Part shown: positions 12,591-24,872 of the stretch, piece after piece | Position numbering within the stretch: position 1 is the first letter of the stretch | Layout of the letters: each line of letters opens with the position of its first letter | Assembly: GCA_964106645.2 (NCBI GenBank) | Contig: OZ067041.1 | Origin: Podarcis pityusensis | Taxonomy: Eukaryota | Reading direction: 5' to 3' (one strand) | DNA length: 64,000 nucleotides | The notes under the pieces: generated by a model | The model's database searches: none | Told to the model about the DNA's origin: nothing | What the model saw: only the letters and a program-made list of their open reading frames with translations | Program-made: the position numbers and the translations under genes

Positions 12591-14139
12591 CTTAATTCCT
12601 TCTATTTATCTGCTGAAGGTGTTGTACACAATCCCTTCCCTCACACATTTTTTCTTTGTGACAATCTTATGAGGTAAGTTTGGCAGAGATGTCGCAATTG
12701 GCTCAAGGGGACTGATGTAGATGACGTCTATGTGTGCGGTGAGATCAAATGCTGGAGAAGCTTCCAGATGTCCAGATTTTCATCTGAGAAATGTTTGAGG
12801 GCATGCCTGTAGTCCTAAACATCTGGGGGGCACCAGGTTGCCAGTGGCTGCTCTCTCTATATTCAATTTTCAAAGCTACCCAGCAATGTCTTTAAAGTTA
12901 AGTAGGTAAATTAGTCTTTCTAATGAGTGTTATTCATTCCATTTTCATTTTGTGTAGTGTGAGCAAGAGTCTAATGTGGGATTATTTAACATAAATAAAG
13001 AGTATTGGAAAGGTTAATACGAATTTAAGTACCGTCTGGCATTAACTTTCACAAAGAGGGGATGTATGTGTTTTTCCAAAAAAAAAAGAGAAAAAAGAGC
13101 AGCTCTAGGTTTCCATTACATTCAGAAATGTATTTCTGTTCCTCCTTTTCTTTTCCAGGTGTGGCAAACAATCTTTAAAATAAGAACAATAAATGTGGTG
13201 TGTTTTTTAAGTAATGTGTTATTACTGCAATTAACTGTTCCCCTTTTATGAGGTTCTATGCATCAGATTACATCTAATTGCCTCCAAACAATTTACTAGT
13301 GGGTTTCTTATAGAAAGTAAACAAATACAGTTTAACAGGCATTATTAGCCTAGTTTTTTCCCTTGCTGTGTTTTCTCTTTCCTTCAGTGTCCACCCCACC
13401 CCACCCCCACTTTTACGAAAGGTAAGAATCATTAGGAATTCCTCTTAAAATCCAGCAATCTATGCATACTACTAAGGATCAATGCTTTGTAAGCTGGCTG
13501 GTGTTCTGCAATAAATTCTAGCTTTTATAGACTTTTCCTGGACCTGGTAGCTGCTAATGCCATAGAAATTGATTATTTGTGGTGTTTTTATCACTGCCTA
13601 AAATATCTAATTGCTTTTTTCTCCACAGACTTGGATTTCGTCTGCTTGATGCTTGACAATTAATGATGAGGACAAAGCTCTTGAGGGACAGATCTTGGGC
13701 CTCCAGAGGCAACATACCTGATCTGAATGAACAGATTCAAAATTTATTTTAGCTGAATTCAGAAACCCCATTTGTCTACCTTGTTGTTTAAATGGGCAGG
13801 GCACAGGCACAGGCACCGATCCGTTCTCTGCTCTGGCATTTCAGCACTACAGTGGGAGCACAAGAAACTTCCAGAGAGCATCTCAAGGAAGAGTTGATAT
13901 CTGAAATAAGGACAAGCACCAAAATATGTTGTGTTTTTATAGGTGAATGTGAACAGCCAACTTACCAAGAGAGAAATGCCAGGAAGATGCATGTTGCTTA
14001 AATATGTGTTAATGCAGATCAAGGTTGGTCTTACACAGTATTCTGTGGTTGATGTTCCTTCATCCCCAGTTACCTGTTAGTGACAGATTAGTTCTCTTGA
14101 TCCATCCATGTGCCACTGCTGTATTTTCTCACCATCGCT

Positions 14140-14455
14140 TTTGTTGTTGTTTAGTCGTTTAGTCGTGTCCGACTCTTCATGACCCCAGGGACCAGAGCAC
14201 GCCAGGCACTCCTGTCTTCCACTGCCTCCCGCAGTTTGGTCAAACTCATGTTGGTAGCTTCGAGAACACTGTCCAACCATCTCGTCCTCTGTCATCCCCT
14301 TCTCCTTGTGCCCTCCATCTTTCCCAACATCAGTGTCTTTTCCAGGGAGTCTTCTCTTCTCATGAGGTGGCCAAAGTATTGGAGTCTCAGCTTCAGGATC
14401 TGTCCTTCCAGTGAGCCCTCAGGGCTGATTTCCTTAAGAATGGATAGGTTTGATC
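14140..14455 (-). mobile_element. Bov-B (RTE) LINE 3' fragment
   Basis: (CAA)n tail and AGTCGGACACGACT; near-identical to 28048 and 63419 copies. Confidence 0.92.
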
Positions 14456-15144
14456 GCTACCTCTGGTTTATTCTGTTCTGAAAAGTTTGGTCATAGTATG
14501 GTGGTGGTTTTTTTACATAGGTTCTCACCAAAACAGCAGGTAAATATTTCACAGTTGAAAAGTGACATTTGATATTGTGAAATCTAGAAAGCAGTGGGGG
14601 TGGGTGGGAAGAGGTGGAAGAAAAGACAAGAAGGGAAGGAGTCTCTAGCAGGAAATCTGAAGGAATACCTTCTCTGCTCAACATCACCAGCCACAGTTAA
14701 TTAATGCAGATAGCTGCAACAAACCACATGGAGAATATGGGGAAGATCTGCTTTACCTCACATGAGAATATGTGGCCTCCCCAAAAAATCACATAATGTT
14801 TGAAACCATGTAGTAGAAAACCATGAACCATTCAAAATGGTAGGTGGCCAAAGTGGCCATTTGTTTTGACTTTATATCACCCACTCTTATGTAATGTCCA
14901 TATTTTGGTACACACATGAGATATGTCCATTTCCTTGTGTTTTTCCGTTGCCAAGGAAGAGAAGGTGTCCATGGCTTTAATATATATGCAGAAGAAGTAA
15001 TTGTGGGAAAGGTAGCTTCCTTTATCTCTGCATGACAAGTTCAAGAAACTTCATAGAACCTTACCTGAAGCAGGAACAGTGTGGTGTGAGAGAATCCACA
15101 GGTTCTCACTTTAGAATAATTCTCATCAACACAGAGGACCGATT

Positions 15145-15226
15145 TGTTGGTTTGTTTGCTTGTTATTAAATTTATATCTTGCCCTTCCTCCCAAAGGAGG
15201 CCTGGGTGGTAAACAACAAGTGTGTG

Positions 15227-15266
<40 letters not shown>

Positions 15267-15535
15267 TTCAGTAGGTGCCAAAATGACAATAAAGACGGTG
15301 CCTGTCTAATATTCAAGGGGAAGAGATTCAAAAGGGTTGCTGCCACAACACCAAAGGAACAATTCTTTCATTGTGTGATAAGATGGCATTTGTAGGAGAC
15401 CCTCACCTGTGGAGTGCAATGATTGATTGGGTATATAAGGGGTAAGATGATCTTTCAGATAGCTGTATAGGGCTTTCTACACCCAAACCATCACCTTGAG
15501 CTTAGCCTAGTAGCGAAATGGCAGTGGTTTGAGCA
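15145..15535 (-). mobile_element. L2 3' fragment with internal (TG)n
   Basis: TTTATATCTTGCCCTTCCTCCCAAAGGAGG tail and degenerate ORF2 end; (TG)n at ~15220-15265. Confidence 0.65.
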
Positions 15536-16846
15536 GGGGCCCCATGTGGAATGTAAGGGTTGGATGACAACGGATGTGCATAACCTCTGAGAAATGTATG
15601 TAGAAGTGGGATCGAACAACCAAGGATCCATCAAAAGGCATGGCCACGTGGCCAAAAGTCTATTGCGGTAAAAACCCATCATGAAATTTGGCCAATGGAT
15701 AGTGCAGAATGTGAGAAAACAGCAGGTTGGCAGCAGAAAGAGGCCAGCTTGGAACAATGAGGGCATGTGGGTGGAAGGAAGACAAGAGCAAGACTGATCA
15801 GGAAGGAGGCAGTGCAGGTGAAGCACTACCTCTGATGGTTATAATGCTTTGGCAATCCCTGAGCTATTGTGGCTCAGCAGTAGAAAAAAGTTGCCCTCCC
15901 AAACCTTTCAAGAACTGTGGGTTTCATATGCTGAGGAAGGAACTCTGGATTTCCCTTTCTGTTGCGGCTAGCTGGTACCTTACACATTGCCTACCAACCT
16001 GTGTATTAAACGAGTGTGACCTTATAAATTACCTCAAATTATTGTGTGTATTTATATTTGTTAATAAATTAATGGGTTCATTCACAATCTAATTGTTTCT
16101 TGTATGATTTGTGTTTATTTTACTGTCACGTTCATGTGAAGTACCTATATTATGTTGGTGTCACTAATTTTGGGTGAATTTCCCCCCCAAAAGACAACAC
16201 TACTCAATTATGAAAATAGCTTCCTGATCCCATTAAGCACAGATAAAAAAGATTAAGTGGCATTTTTGCTTTTTTTTTTAATTTGTGACAATACACATTA
16301 GGCACACCTATGATGAACTAATTACTTTAGTTAGATTTTTCCCCTATACAGAACAAGCTGGTTACTCATGAATAAGAGGAGGAATGCATTAAGCAGAAAT
16401 ATGTGATGAATGTAAAATGCTTTTTATTGTCCAGATCCCCACATGTGCAGGAGGTTCTCCATAGTAGTCCAATAGTCAGAGCTCCATAAACATCCATGCA
16501 AAGTGCGGCACATACAGATTCTCCAGTTCTTGGAGATGTCAGCAAATTTGACCTATCCACCTGGCCTGCCTCACTGTGCAATTTTGCAAAATGTGAGTGG
16601 GTTGAAATTCTCCCATTCAAGCCATGTATCTGATCTTCCGTCCGCTTGAACCAAAACAGTGCAAAAGGAACTGCCGTCCTAGTTGAACAGGGATGTTTAC
16701 AGTGCAGGACTTTGGGGTAGGATTCCAGGGTGCCCATTAAACAGAACAAGCAATGGGTTGGCTTGCCACATTTTGAAATTAGGAAAGGAACGCACTTAAA
16801 GAGCCCCACCACAACCGCTACATCAAGACCTTCAGATTGCTTAACT

Positions 16847-17186
16847 CAGCCTTTGCCAACTTAGTGGCATCCACATGCTTTGCCGTCCAACTCCCCTCCG
16901 TGTTGGCGGGGGCTAAAAGATGTCCAAAACATCTAGAGCCATGGTTCCCAACATGGGGCACACACCCCACGGGGCAATTTGATTTTTAAGGGGGGCAATT
17001 AGAGAATGAATTATTAACAGTGAATGGCCTTTTCAGCTTCCTCCACGTGAACAGGAGTTCACTTTTTTGAATAATAAGAATTATATGTCACGGGGGGGCA
17101 TCAGGATTTTAAAGGTGCTTAGGTGGGGCATGGCCAAAAAAAGGTTGGGAACCACTGATCTAGAGCAACTAGACAAGAAAAGGCTG
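16847..17186. mobile_element. Old hAT MITE hosting a nested MITE
   Basis: CAGCCTTT...AAAGGCTG termini; perfect 8-bp TSD GCTTAACT (16839-16846, 17187-17194). Confidence 0.8.
16939..17157. mobile_element. hAT (Charlie-type) MITE, nested
   Basis: TGGTTCCCAAC...GTTGGGAACCACTG TIRs; 8-bp TSD ATCTAGAG (16931-16938, 17158-17165). Confidence 0.88.
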
Positions 17187-17268
17187 GCTTAACTGTTCCA
17201 CTGCAACGGAAACCAAACCTAAGCCGAACAAAACCTTCCTGTCTCAAATCCTTGAGCTTGGTTCTGAA

Positions 17269-17879
17269 CAGGTGTGGGAAATGTGTGGCCCTGCAGATGT
17301 CATCAGACTACATCTCAGGACGAGAGTTGGACTGCAAAGCACGTGGAGGGCACTAAGTTGGCAAAGGCTGAGTTAAGCAGGGTCTGGACATAGCAGTTGT
17401 GGTGGGGCTCTTGAAGTGTGTTCCTTTCCTTATTTCAAAGTGTGGCAAGCCAGTCCATTGCTTGTTCTGTTTAATGGGCACCCTGGACTCCTACCCCAAA
17501 GTCCTGCACTGTAAACATCCCTGTTCAGCTAGGATGGCAGTTCCTCTTGCAGACTACATCTCGGCCCAGTATACCTGAAGGAGCGTCTCCACCCCCATCG
17601 TCCTGCCTGGACGCTGAGGTCCAGCGCCAAGGACCTTCTGGCGGTTCCCTCATTGCGAGAAGCCAAGTTACAGGGAACCAGGCAGAGGGCCTTCTTGGTA
17701 GTGGCACCCGCCCTGTGGAACGCCCTCCCATCAGATGTCAAAGAGATAAACAACTACCTGACATTCAGAAGACATCTTAAGGCAGCCCTGTTCAGGGAAG
17801 TTTTTAATTTTTGGTCTTTGTGGAAGCTGTCCAGAGTGGCTGGGGAAACCCAGCCAGATGGGCAGGGTACAAATAATAA

Positions 17880-17923
<44 letters not shown>

Positions 17924-18000
17924 CTCTCATCAGCCCCAGCAAGCACAGCCAATGGCCAGGGATGATGGGGTTTGTGTCCCCCACAGGTGTCCCCCACCCG
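17269..18000. mobile_element. Old hAT MITE split by the inverted duplication and L2
   Basis: Left half 17269-17316 (CAGGTGTGGGAA...GACTACATCTC); right half ~17927-18000 (CATCAGCCCCAGC...GGGATGATGGG). Confidence 0.6.
17563..17922 (+). mobile_element. L2 LINE 3' fragment
   Basis: Encodes RAFLVVAPALWNALP...FRRHLKAALF (L2 ORF2 C-terminus); (TAT)n tail. Confidence 0.88.
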
Positions 18001-19111
18001 GGGGTTGAAGACTGCAGGACTTGGCAAGCTGTTTTTCTGCTGCAAGTGTGGTTGGGGAGGCTATTCGACTGCATGTGCCTGTGCTTGAAATATACATCCG
18101 TCTGTACCCACACGGGCATCCACGGATGTGTCCATTTTGCTTTAAGAGTGAGCTACGCCCATCCACTCATGCAGATAAAATTATTGAAGCTGAACCACCA
18201 AAGAAAGTGAAGGGAGGGGAAGGCAGCCTCTTTGACAAGAAATGCAAGATCAGAAATGCTCACAAGTGGGCAACGGCTGCTAAATAATTAATCAATAGCA
18301 GCCGCGTGGCAGTTTGAAATGTAAATGTGATGGATGAAGGTGTGATGCTTGTCATCCGGCAGGAAAATGATGTGACCAGAATGGAATGATGGTGGGCTGC
18401 CTGCTCTACCTGCTGACTGGCAAAAGCCTGGACACAGAGATAAAACGAAGCCATCACATCGCATCCCAGGCAACCCCTAGTACCTGTCTTTGACCCACGG
18501 CTTGCTTTCATGTCTCTGCCCCAGAAGAGATGCTTTTTTTTGAGGGAGAGAAATGATGAAGGGAGATCTTGGGGTGGAGAAAGAAAGAGAACATCATCTG
18601 AAGAAACGCTACCTGACAAGGCTGCAGGCTACATAGTTGAGAATCCTCCCTGTTTCTTTATGTCCTCCTTTTTTTTCCCCTCCCTCTCTTCTTTGGTCTT
18701 TCTATCGCTATCTCTCTTAAAAATGAAGCATCTTACATTATTTCTTTTTCCTTCTGTCCAAATCCTCTAGAGCCGCTCTTGCAAATGGTTCTGTGACTCG
18801 GGAAGTGACAACAGCGACTTGCAAAGGAACCAAGGGGGGATGATGACATTCTGGCATGTGAGCAGGTGAGGGAGAGAGAAAGGAAACATCGTTTACTTAT
18901 CAAACTCAGCTATTGGCAATCCTCCTTTCATTTGTTGGGCTAGAAAGAGAGCTCAACTAACTAGGCATTGATCGGGGTTCTGTGCTGCGGAGATGTGAGC
19001 CTTCACATTCAGATCATCCCAAATATACCCGTGTGGAAGAAAGCTCCGTTGAAATCAGTGGAACTGTTGGGGCCATGGCTATTTGAATCACGACTGACAT
19101 CATACATTTAA

Positions 19112-19352
19112 AAGAAGAAGAGCTTGGATTTGATATCCCACTTTATCACTACCCGAAGGACTCTCAAAGTGGCTAACATTCTCCTTTCCCTTCCTGCCCC
19201 ACAACAAACACTCTGTGAGGTGAGTGGGGCTGAGAGACTTCAGAGAAGTGTGACTAGCCCAAGGTCACCCAGCAGCTGCATGTGGAGGAGCGGAGACGCG
19301 AACCCGGTTCACCAGATTACAAGTCTACCACTCTTAACCACTACACCACACT
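19112..19352 (-). mobile_element. tRNA-derived SINE with (CTT)n tail (Squam3-like)
   Basis: Homologous to 3375 and 40382 copies. Confidence 0.85.
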
Positions 19353-19606
19353 CAACACACATTTCAAGCACATGACTCCACCACCACCCCGCTAAGAATC
19401 CTGGGAACTGTCCTTTTCCCCTCGTAGAGCTACAATTCTCAGCATTCTTTTTTTCTTTCCAATACTGTTTTTATTTATTTTCATGGTACAGAAGATAAAT
19501 TTTGAGAAAGCAATTGTTACAACAGTAAACAGCAAGTAACTTGTCCTGATAAAATTACAGCCTTTTATCATGCCATGTGTTAAAGTTTCGTTTGATTACT
19601 CTAAGA

Positions 19607-19741
19607 CAGTGGTGGCCAAACTTGGCCCTCCAGCTGTTTTTGAACTACAACTCCCATCATCCCTAGCTAACAGGACCAGTGGCCAGGGATGTGGGAATTG
19701 TAGTCCAAAAACAGCTGGAGGGCCAAGTTTGGCCACCTCTG
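19607..19741. mobile_element. hAT MITE (~135 bp)
   Basis: Palindromic; perfect 8-bp TSD CTCTAAGA (19599-19606, 19742-19749). Confidence 0.92.
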
Positions 19742-19887
19742 CTCTAAGAGCTCACACCACATTTTCCCATGAGTGCTGGGTGGATTCCTGCCACAGTCTG
19801 AACAATTTATGTATTAGCACTTAGTTCCCAGGATTCTTTTGGGGAAGTCACGTGATTTAAATATGCAGTGTAGATCTGCTCTGGGAA

Positions 19888-20532
19888 TGTGATGGCCTGG
19901 GATTCAGACTTGGATGCTGAACCTGAGGGATCCCAGCCTGCACAGGATTCCCCGCCTCCAGAACCAGCTGAGCCAGGGCTGGGGCATGAGCCTGAAGGGT
20001 CCTCACCTGTGCTGGATCCTCAGGTGCAGGCATCAGCTGAGTCTGCTCCAGCTCCTGAGGTGATGGAGGACCCTTTGCCTGCAGGTGCTCCACTCTCAGC
20101 CCCATCAGAGGAAGCTGAGGTTGCCTCTGGGTCCAGTAACCCTCCAGCCTCTCCTGAGCTGCAGAGGCTCAGGGCAGAGAGGTGGAGGGAACTAAGTTCC
20201 CGCAGGAGGAGTGCTCGCCTCCAGGCCAGGAGAGGCGAGTCACCTGAGGATCGGGGCTGCCCTATGCCTCAGGGCAGATAAAAGCCGGCCAGCCCCAGTC
20301 CCAAGTTGCGGGAGCAAAATTGTTGGTTGCTAGTTTCTGCCTGAACCCTGTCCTGCTTTCCTGCCTGAGCTCCTGCCCTGCCCTGGCTCCCTGCTTGCAA
20401 GCCTGTTCATGACTTCACCCGACTCCCTGCCCTGCACCCAGCTTCAGCTATTTCGGACTGCCTCCACGTTGCACCTTTGACCACGGACCGGACTTGGACC
20501 TCGCCTCTTGGGTAACCCACGGGACAAGCACA
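19888..20532 (+). mobile_element. Solo LTR (645 bp; Gypsy-like or ERV, class not determined)
   Basis: TGTG...CACA termini, perfect 5-bp TSD GGGAA (19883-19887, 20533-20537), GC-rich, TATA-like GATAAAA at ~20277. Confidence 0.85.
19892..20281 (+). CDS. Putative LTR U3-encoded ORF: acidic Pro/Glu/Ala/Ser-rich with basic RRRSARL motif
   Basis: Open from the LTR start to a TAA inside the TATA-like box; the internal EPEGS repeat differs only at synonymous sites. Expression unknown. Confidence 0.4.
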   Translation: MAWDSDLDAEPEGSQPAQDSPPPEPAEPGLGHEPEGSSPVLDPQVQASAESAPAPEVMEDPLPAGAPLSAPSEEAEVASGSSNPPASPELQRLRAERWRELSSRRRSARLQARRGESPEDRGCPMPQGR

Positions 20533-20731
20533 GGGAAGCTGTGTTCTCTAGCCAGAATCTCTGGCCCATCACACCAGAGGAGGCAGAGGGAATAATCCAC
20601 ATTGTGGGTGGGACAGTGGCATTCCATGCTGGACTTCCAATGATGCATCAGTTTAGGCTAGCCAGTGTTTAATTCCATTTATTTCAATGTGACCAGGATA
20701 TGCCTGGTTTTCACTGGAAGCCCCCTTAGAC

Positions 20732-21040
20732 CAGTGGCAAAGCAGGGGTTGCCAGCACCCGGGGCCATGCGGAGGGGGTGGGTAGGAAGGAGGGGAAACA
20801 AATGGAATATGCATGCGCATTCAACTGCCTAATGGCGTCCGCTTCACCCAGGTGATTGCAGCCTCAGAGCTAAGAAAATATGAGTCGTCCCCTTGTCTGG
20901 AGATGTCGCTTCCTGGTTCACATGGAGTAGCCATTTTCAATGGAGCCCAGCAACAGAAGCAGAGAGCTGTATTGAGGCAACATTGGGTGTTGAAATTTTG
21001 CACCGTAACAATTTTGCACCCGGGGCAACCAACCCCGTGG
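20732..21040 (+). mobile_element. Non-autonomous hAT-like element (CAGTGGCGTAGC family)
   Basis: Shares CTTCCTGGTT...GCCATTTTCAA...ACAATTTTGCACCC core with 33439 and 61704; right end degenerate. Confidence 0.7.
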
Positions 21041-21649
21041 ATTCCTAGCTCTTCTACCAACAAGGGTGAAACCTGCAATTGGAAAGCATTGCTGAGGCCT
21101 GGGAATGATCAGCCACTAGGAATAATTACTTTCACCCATTGTTGATGTCATATGTCACATTTTATTTGGGTGTGTGTATCAATACTCTGACAAAATCCTC
21201 TCTAAATCCAAAGCGTGATCTGTTCCAAAATGAATGGGACTAGCTGGCAATACATAAATTCTTTAAAAGGTACAAAGGCATACACACGTGCAACTTTCCA
21301 TTTCATATAATGTCAGAGAAAGACCCCTTTGCCCTTTCCCTGCAACCCCTACAATTTGGAAGTAATAATCAAAAACCGAGCTGATTATGGGATTATATAT
21401 ATTTCTTACCATTAAAAGTATAATCACTTTTGTGTTTTGACATTTAATTCCCCTCACCAAAATACACGATAGGAATGAAAAGTCAAAACCTTTCATGTGT
21501 TTGATGTTCAGGTTCCGCCCATGTATTTCAATGGGAACAAAATTCAGACAGCAACACGGTAGAGAAAACTTAAAATGAAGCTGTTTTTGCAGCATACCTG
21601 GAGATCCTTTTAGAATTGACATAATTTAACCTAAACTGAGCATAACAGA

Positions 21650-21860
21650 GAGAGCATCAGGGTGCTCCAGTGGTTACAGCACTGGGCTTCGACCTGAGGT
21701 CCAGATTTCACAGTACAAACCTGTGAATGTCTTCTCAGAGGTCATGAACCCATTGAGTCCACCTTCTCTCTGAGCAATGCACCTAGGATTGTTGTCTCCA
21801 GTCCCTGCTCAACCATGAATTTTTGGGGTAACCTTGGTTAAGAGACTCGGGCTTTCCCAC
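21650..21860 (+). mobile_element. Degenerate tRNA/MIR-like SINE with a nested short palindromic repeat
   Basis: A-box-like GGTGCTCCAGTGGTTA and GGGTAACCTTGG core, interrupted at ~21712-21792. Confidence 0.4.
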
Positions 21861-22279
21861 AGTCCCCCAAAGAATGGGACCAATAGTGAGGCTCCAAACA
21901 TGAACTATAAATCAGCTTGCACATTGAAACGAAGCATAGAAATTTGTTGAAATAATGGATTTTACCAATGTATTGGAATTTAGAGTTTTGCCAGCAACAC
22001 TGATCAGCTTCCAAATGTTATTCAGGAAGTTGAGGAGAAGGCCGTGGCTGTGTCCATATGCTTGAACCTGTTCACAAAGCTCAGGAAAGGGGTTTTTGCG
22101 TGTTATATGAAGGTAAGGCCAGTTTAGATATGCACACATTCAGTGCAGAGCTGTGGCCACTCATGGCTCTCTGATAAATGCACGTTTTTATTGATAGTAC
22201 AAGTTTGTGTAGCTTTGGGGAGGCAGTGGCTATTGACCGAGAGAGATTAATGCTTTATTGATCTCCAAACACAGGCTAC

Positions 22280-22675
22280 TCACTGGGATGCCTTGCTGCA
22301 CACTTATCACACCAATCTCAAAAGAATTCCCCTGGCTGCCAATAACCTATTGAGTGAGGTTCACAGTTTTGGTCCACAGCTACAAATCCTGAACAACTTG
22401 GGACCTCTGGCCACACTCTCATCCCTATTGCTCTATTGAGATGGTGATGCTTTCTTGATGGTGGTAGTGTCACCACCAACAGAGAAACCAGAGATAGCCT
22501 TCACCATTGTGGTGCTCCTGGTTTGGAATCCACTTCCCCCTGAATTGAGGTAGGCACCATCGATGATGACATTTTGACATCTCCTAAAAATGAGGCCATT
22601 GATGAAAGTCAGTTACATGATGTGCTTTTTTGGGTTATATTGGATTCTTATTTTTTGTACACCACCTTGAACTTC
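22280..22675 (+). mobile_element. Old L2 3' fragment
   Basis: ITPI.K...WLP-like and AF...AP..WN.LP-like segments; TGTACACCACCTTGA tail. Confidence 0.6.
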
Positions 22676-23284
22676 TCTGCTGACATCTACCTCACTTGTA
22701 CAGCAGTCAGTCACATGCTTATAACCTGGCTTCGTCATTTATTAAAAACTGCATTTATAAAAATATAATTAAAAAATCTCCAAGCAATTTACAATTAGAA
22801 AAATGCAATGATGACCGCAATAATCATGCAAATAACGTTCAGTAAAGTCACCTTAAAAATGTGTCTGTGGTTTGCTTTTGCTTTATTTGTTCATTTGTTC
22901 CAAATTTGTTTGTATTAATTGCACTTCATGAACTGCATCTTTAATGCGACTCAATAAAAATAATGTTTGGAAAACGTTAGCAAGTCTGTGCTCCTGATTT
23001 CTAAATGTTGCGAAGTGCAGACTGCATTTCCAGTGCAGCACTTCCACACGGTCCCACCTTGCCCAGTGTATGTGGGAGCCCCTCCCCACAAAAAAATGCT
23101 GGCCACAGGTCTGGATGTTACTGGTTATGGTGTGCTTCCGTTTCAACTCCTGCTTTCCATGGGGCAGGATAGCACCACACCTGTGCCAACCCAAAGCCAG
23201 TTACAGGTGTTTTAGTCCCTGGGAAGATAGGGGATCTCCTCACATGGGACAGCCTATAGTTCCTGGTGCCTTCCTGATAAAATA

Positions 23285-23686
23285 GACGCGGGTGGCGCTG
23301 TGGGTTAAACCACAAAGCCTAGGACTTGCCGATCAGAAGGTCGGCGGTTCAAATCTCCGCAATGGGGTGAGCTCCCGTTGCTTGGTCCCTGCTCCTGCCA
23401 ACCTAGCAGTTCAAAAGCACGTCAAAGTGCAAGTAGATAAATAGGTACCGCTCGGGCGGGAAGGTAAACGGCGTTTCTGTGCGCTGCTCTGGTTCGCCAG
23501 AAGCGGCTTAGTCATGCTGGCCACATGGCCCGGAAGCTGTACGCCGGCTCCCTCGCCCAATAAAGCGAGATGAGCGCCACAACCCCAGAGTCGGCCACGA
23601 CTGGACCTAATGGTTAGGGGTCCCTTTACCTTTACCTTTACCTTTACCTTTACCTTTACCTTTACCTTTACCTTTACCTTTACCTT
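23285..23686 (+). mobile_element. Sauria SINE with expanded (CCTTTA)10 tail
   Basis: GACGCGGGTGGCGCTGTGG head and canonical body; CCTTCCTGAT on both flanks. Confidence 0.93.
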
Positions 23687-24872
23687 CCTGATGGTGAGGA
23701 GGCCTAATGAAGGTTTGGGACACAGCAGGATGGTGGTAGTGGTGGCGGCAGCAAATGTCTCTCCCCAGATCTTACGGAGAGGCAGACAGTATGCTTCTGA
23801 ATACCAGTTTCTGGAAACCATAGGAGATGAGGCTGTTCTTGCATTCAAATCCTGCTTGTGGTCTTCCCATGCACATCTTTGGCCAATGCGAGAACTGGAT
23901 GCTGGACCAGATTAGCCACTGGCCTGTTCCAGCAGAATGCTTCTTATGTTCTTGTGTTGCTGGTGGTGGTGATGGGCAGATGGCAGACTGTTGTGCTTTT
24001 GCTGAAAGCCCCGAATCTTTTCCAAAGCTGCAGAAGTCAAAAAGTGGGCAGTGGCATTCATTACATGTTGTCAAAGTGTTTTGTTTCTTCTGCAGCAGTA
24101 TTGCCCAAGCCCCAGTTATCAAAACTTTCAAAGCCAAGCTCTTTATACTCCTAAAATTCAAGTTTAGCTTTGCGGTTTCATTTATTTGTTTGTTTGTTGC
24201 ATCTTTCACCCAAAAAAATAATTCTGAAGGTTGACGTTTTGTTCTGCCGTGAGATTTTAATGCATGTTGCCATGGAACAATTTAGATTGTCAAAAACAAC
24301 AACATAAAAAGGATTTCCGGATTTCTCAAGAAGCTCAAAGGTTTCAGATCTTTCTCTCTTTCTTTGAAAAAAAAATGTTTGTGCTTTATTTTGACGTGGC
24401 ATAAGAAAAGTTTGGCACGCATTCTCGTACTCGCTATTGTGACAGCTGTATTTAATGAGTGCAAAAAGATCAGGAAAACATCCTATACGCTGGGTTGCCA
24501 GTGCCAGCTGATGACAAGATAGAAGCAGCCATGAAATGAAAGAAGCAGAGTCGCTCATGTAGCTATAGGATGAGAACGGAGTGTGATCCTCCTCTTATGA
24601 GTGGGCCCTTTGAAAGTATCACATGGGTCGGTGGGTGTACAGATTCTGTTCCTTTGCCTTGTCTGAATGCTTGCTGTTCAACCCTAAACACTTAGCAACA
24701 TGTCTTAAGAGTGGACAACTATTACAGATGACTTCCGACAGCCCCTAAGATAAAAAAAAAGGGAAGAAAGAAAGGAAAGAAATGCAGGCGTCAGGGTAGC
24801 AATTCTGTGCAATGCTAAGGATGCTTTATTTCATTGCTTGATTTATAATGCCATTGCAATGTGACATACATG

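Larger units (their letters stand above)
16660..17551. repeat. ~230-bp inverted duplication (arms 16660-16893 and 17324-17551)
   Basis: Manual alignment gives about 18 substitutions and one ~6-nt indel between the arms. Confidence 0.93.

Noticed and set aside
13615-13730. Splice-acceptor-like TTTTTTCTCCACAG and ATGATGA...CTGA (C/D box-like)
   Set aside because: No convincing terminal stem or recognisable rRNA antisense guide, and no supported exon frame with a donor.
17653-18210. 185-aa ORF
   Set aside because: L2 ORF2 end reading through a (TAT)n tail and MITE sequence; not a host gene.
23411-23915. ORFs with (VK)n and (FT)n repeats
   Set aside because: Translation of the Sauria SINE (CCTTTA)n tail.
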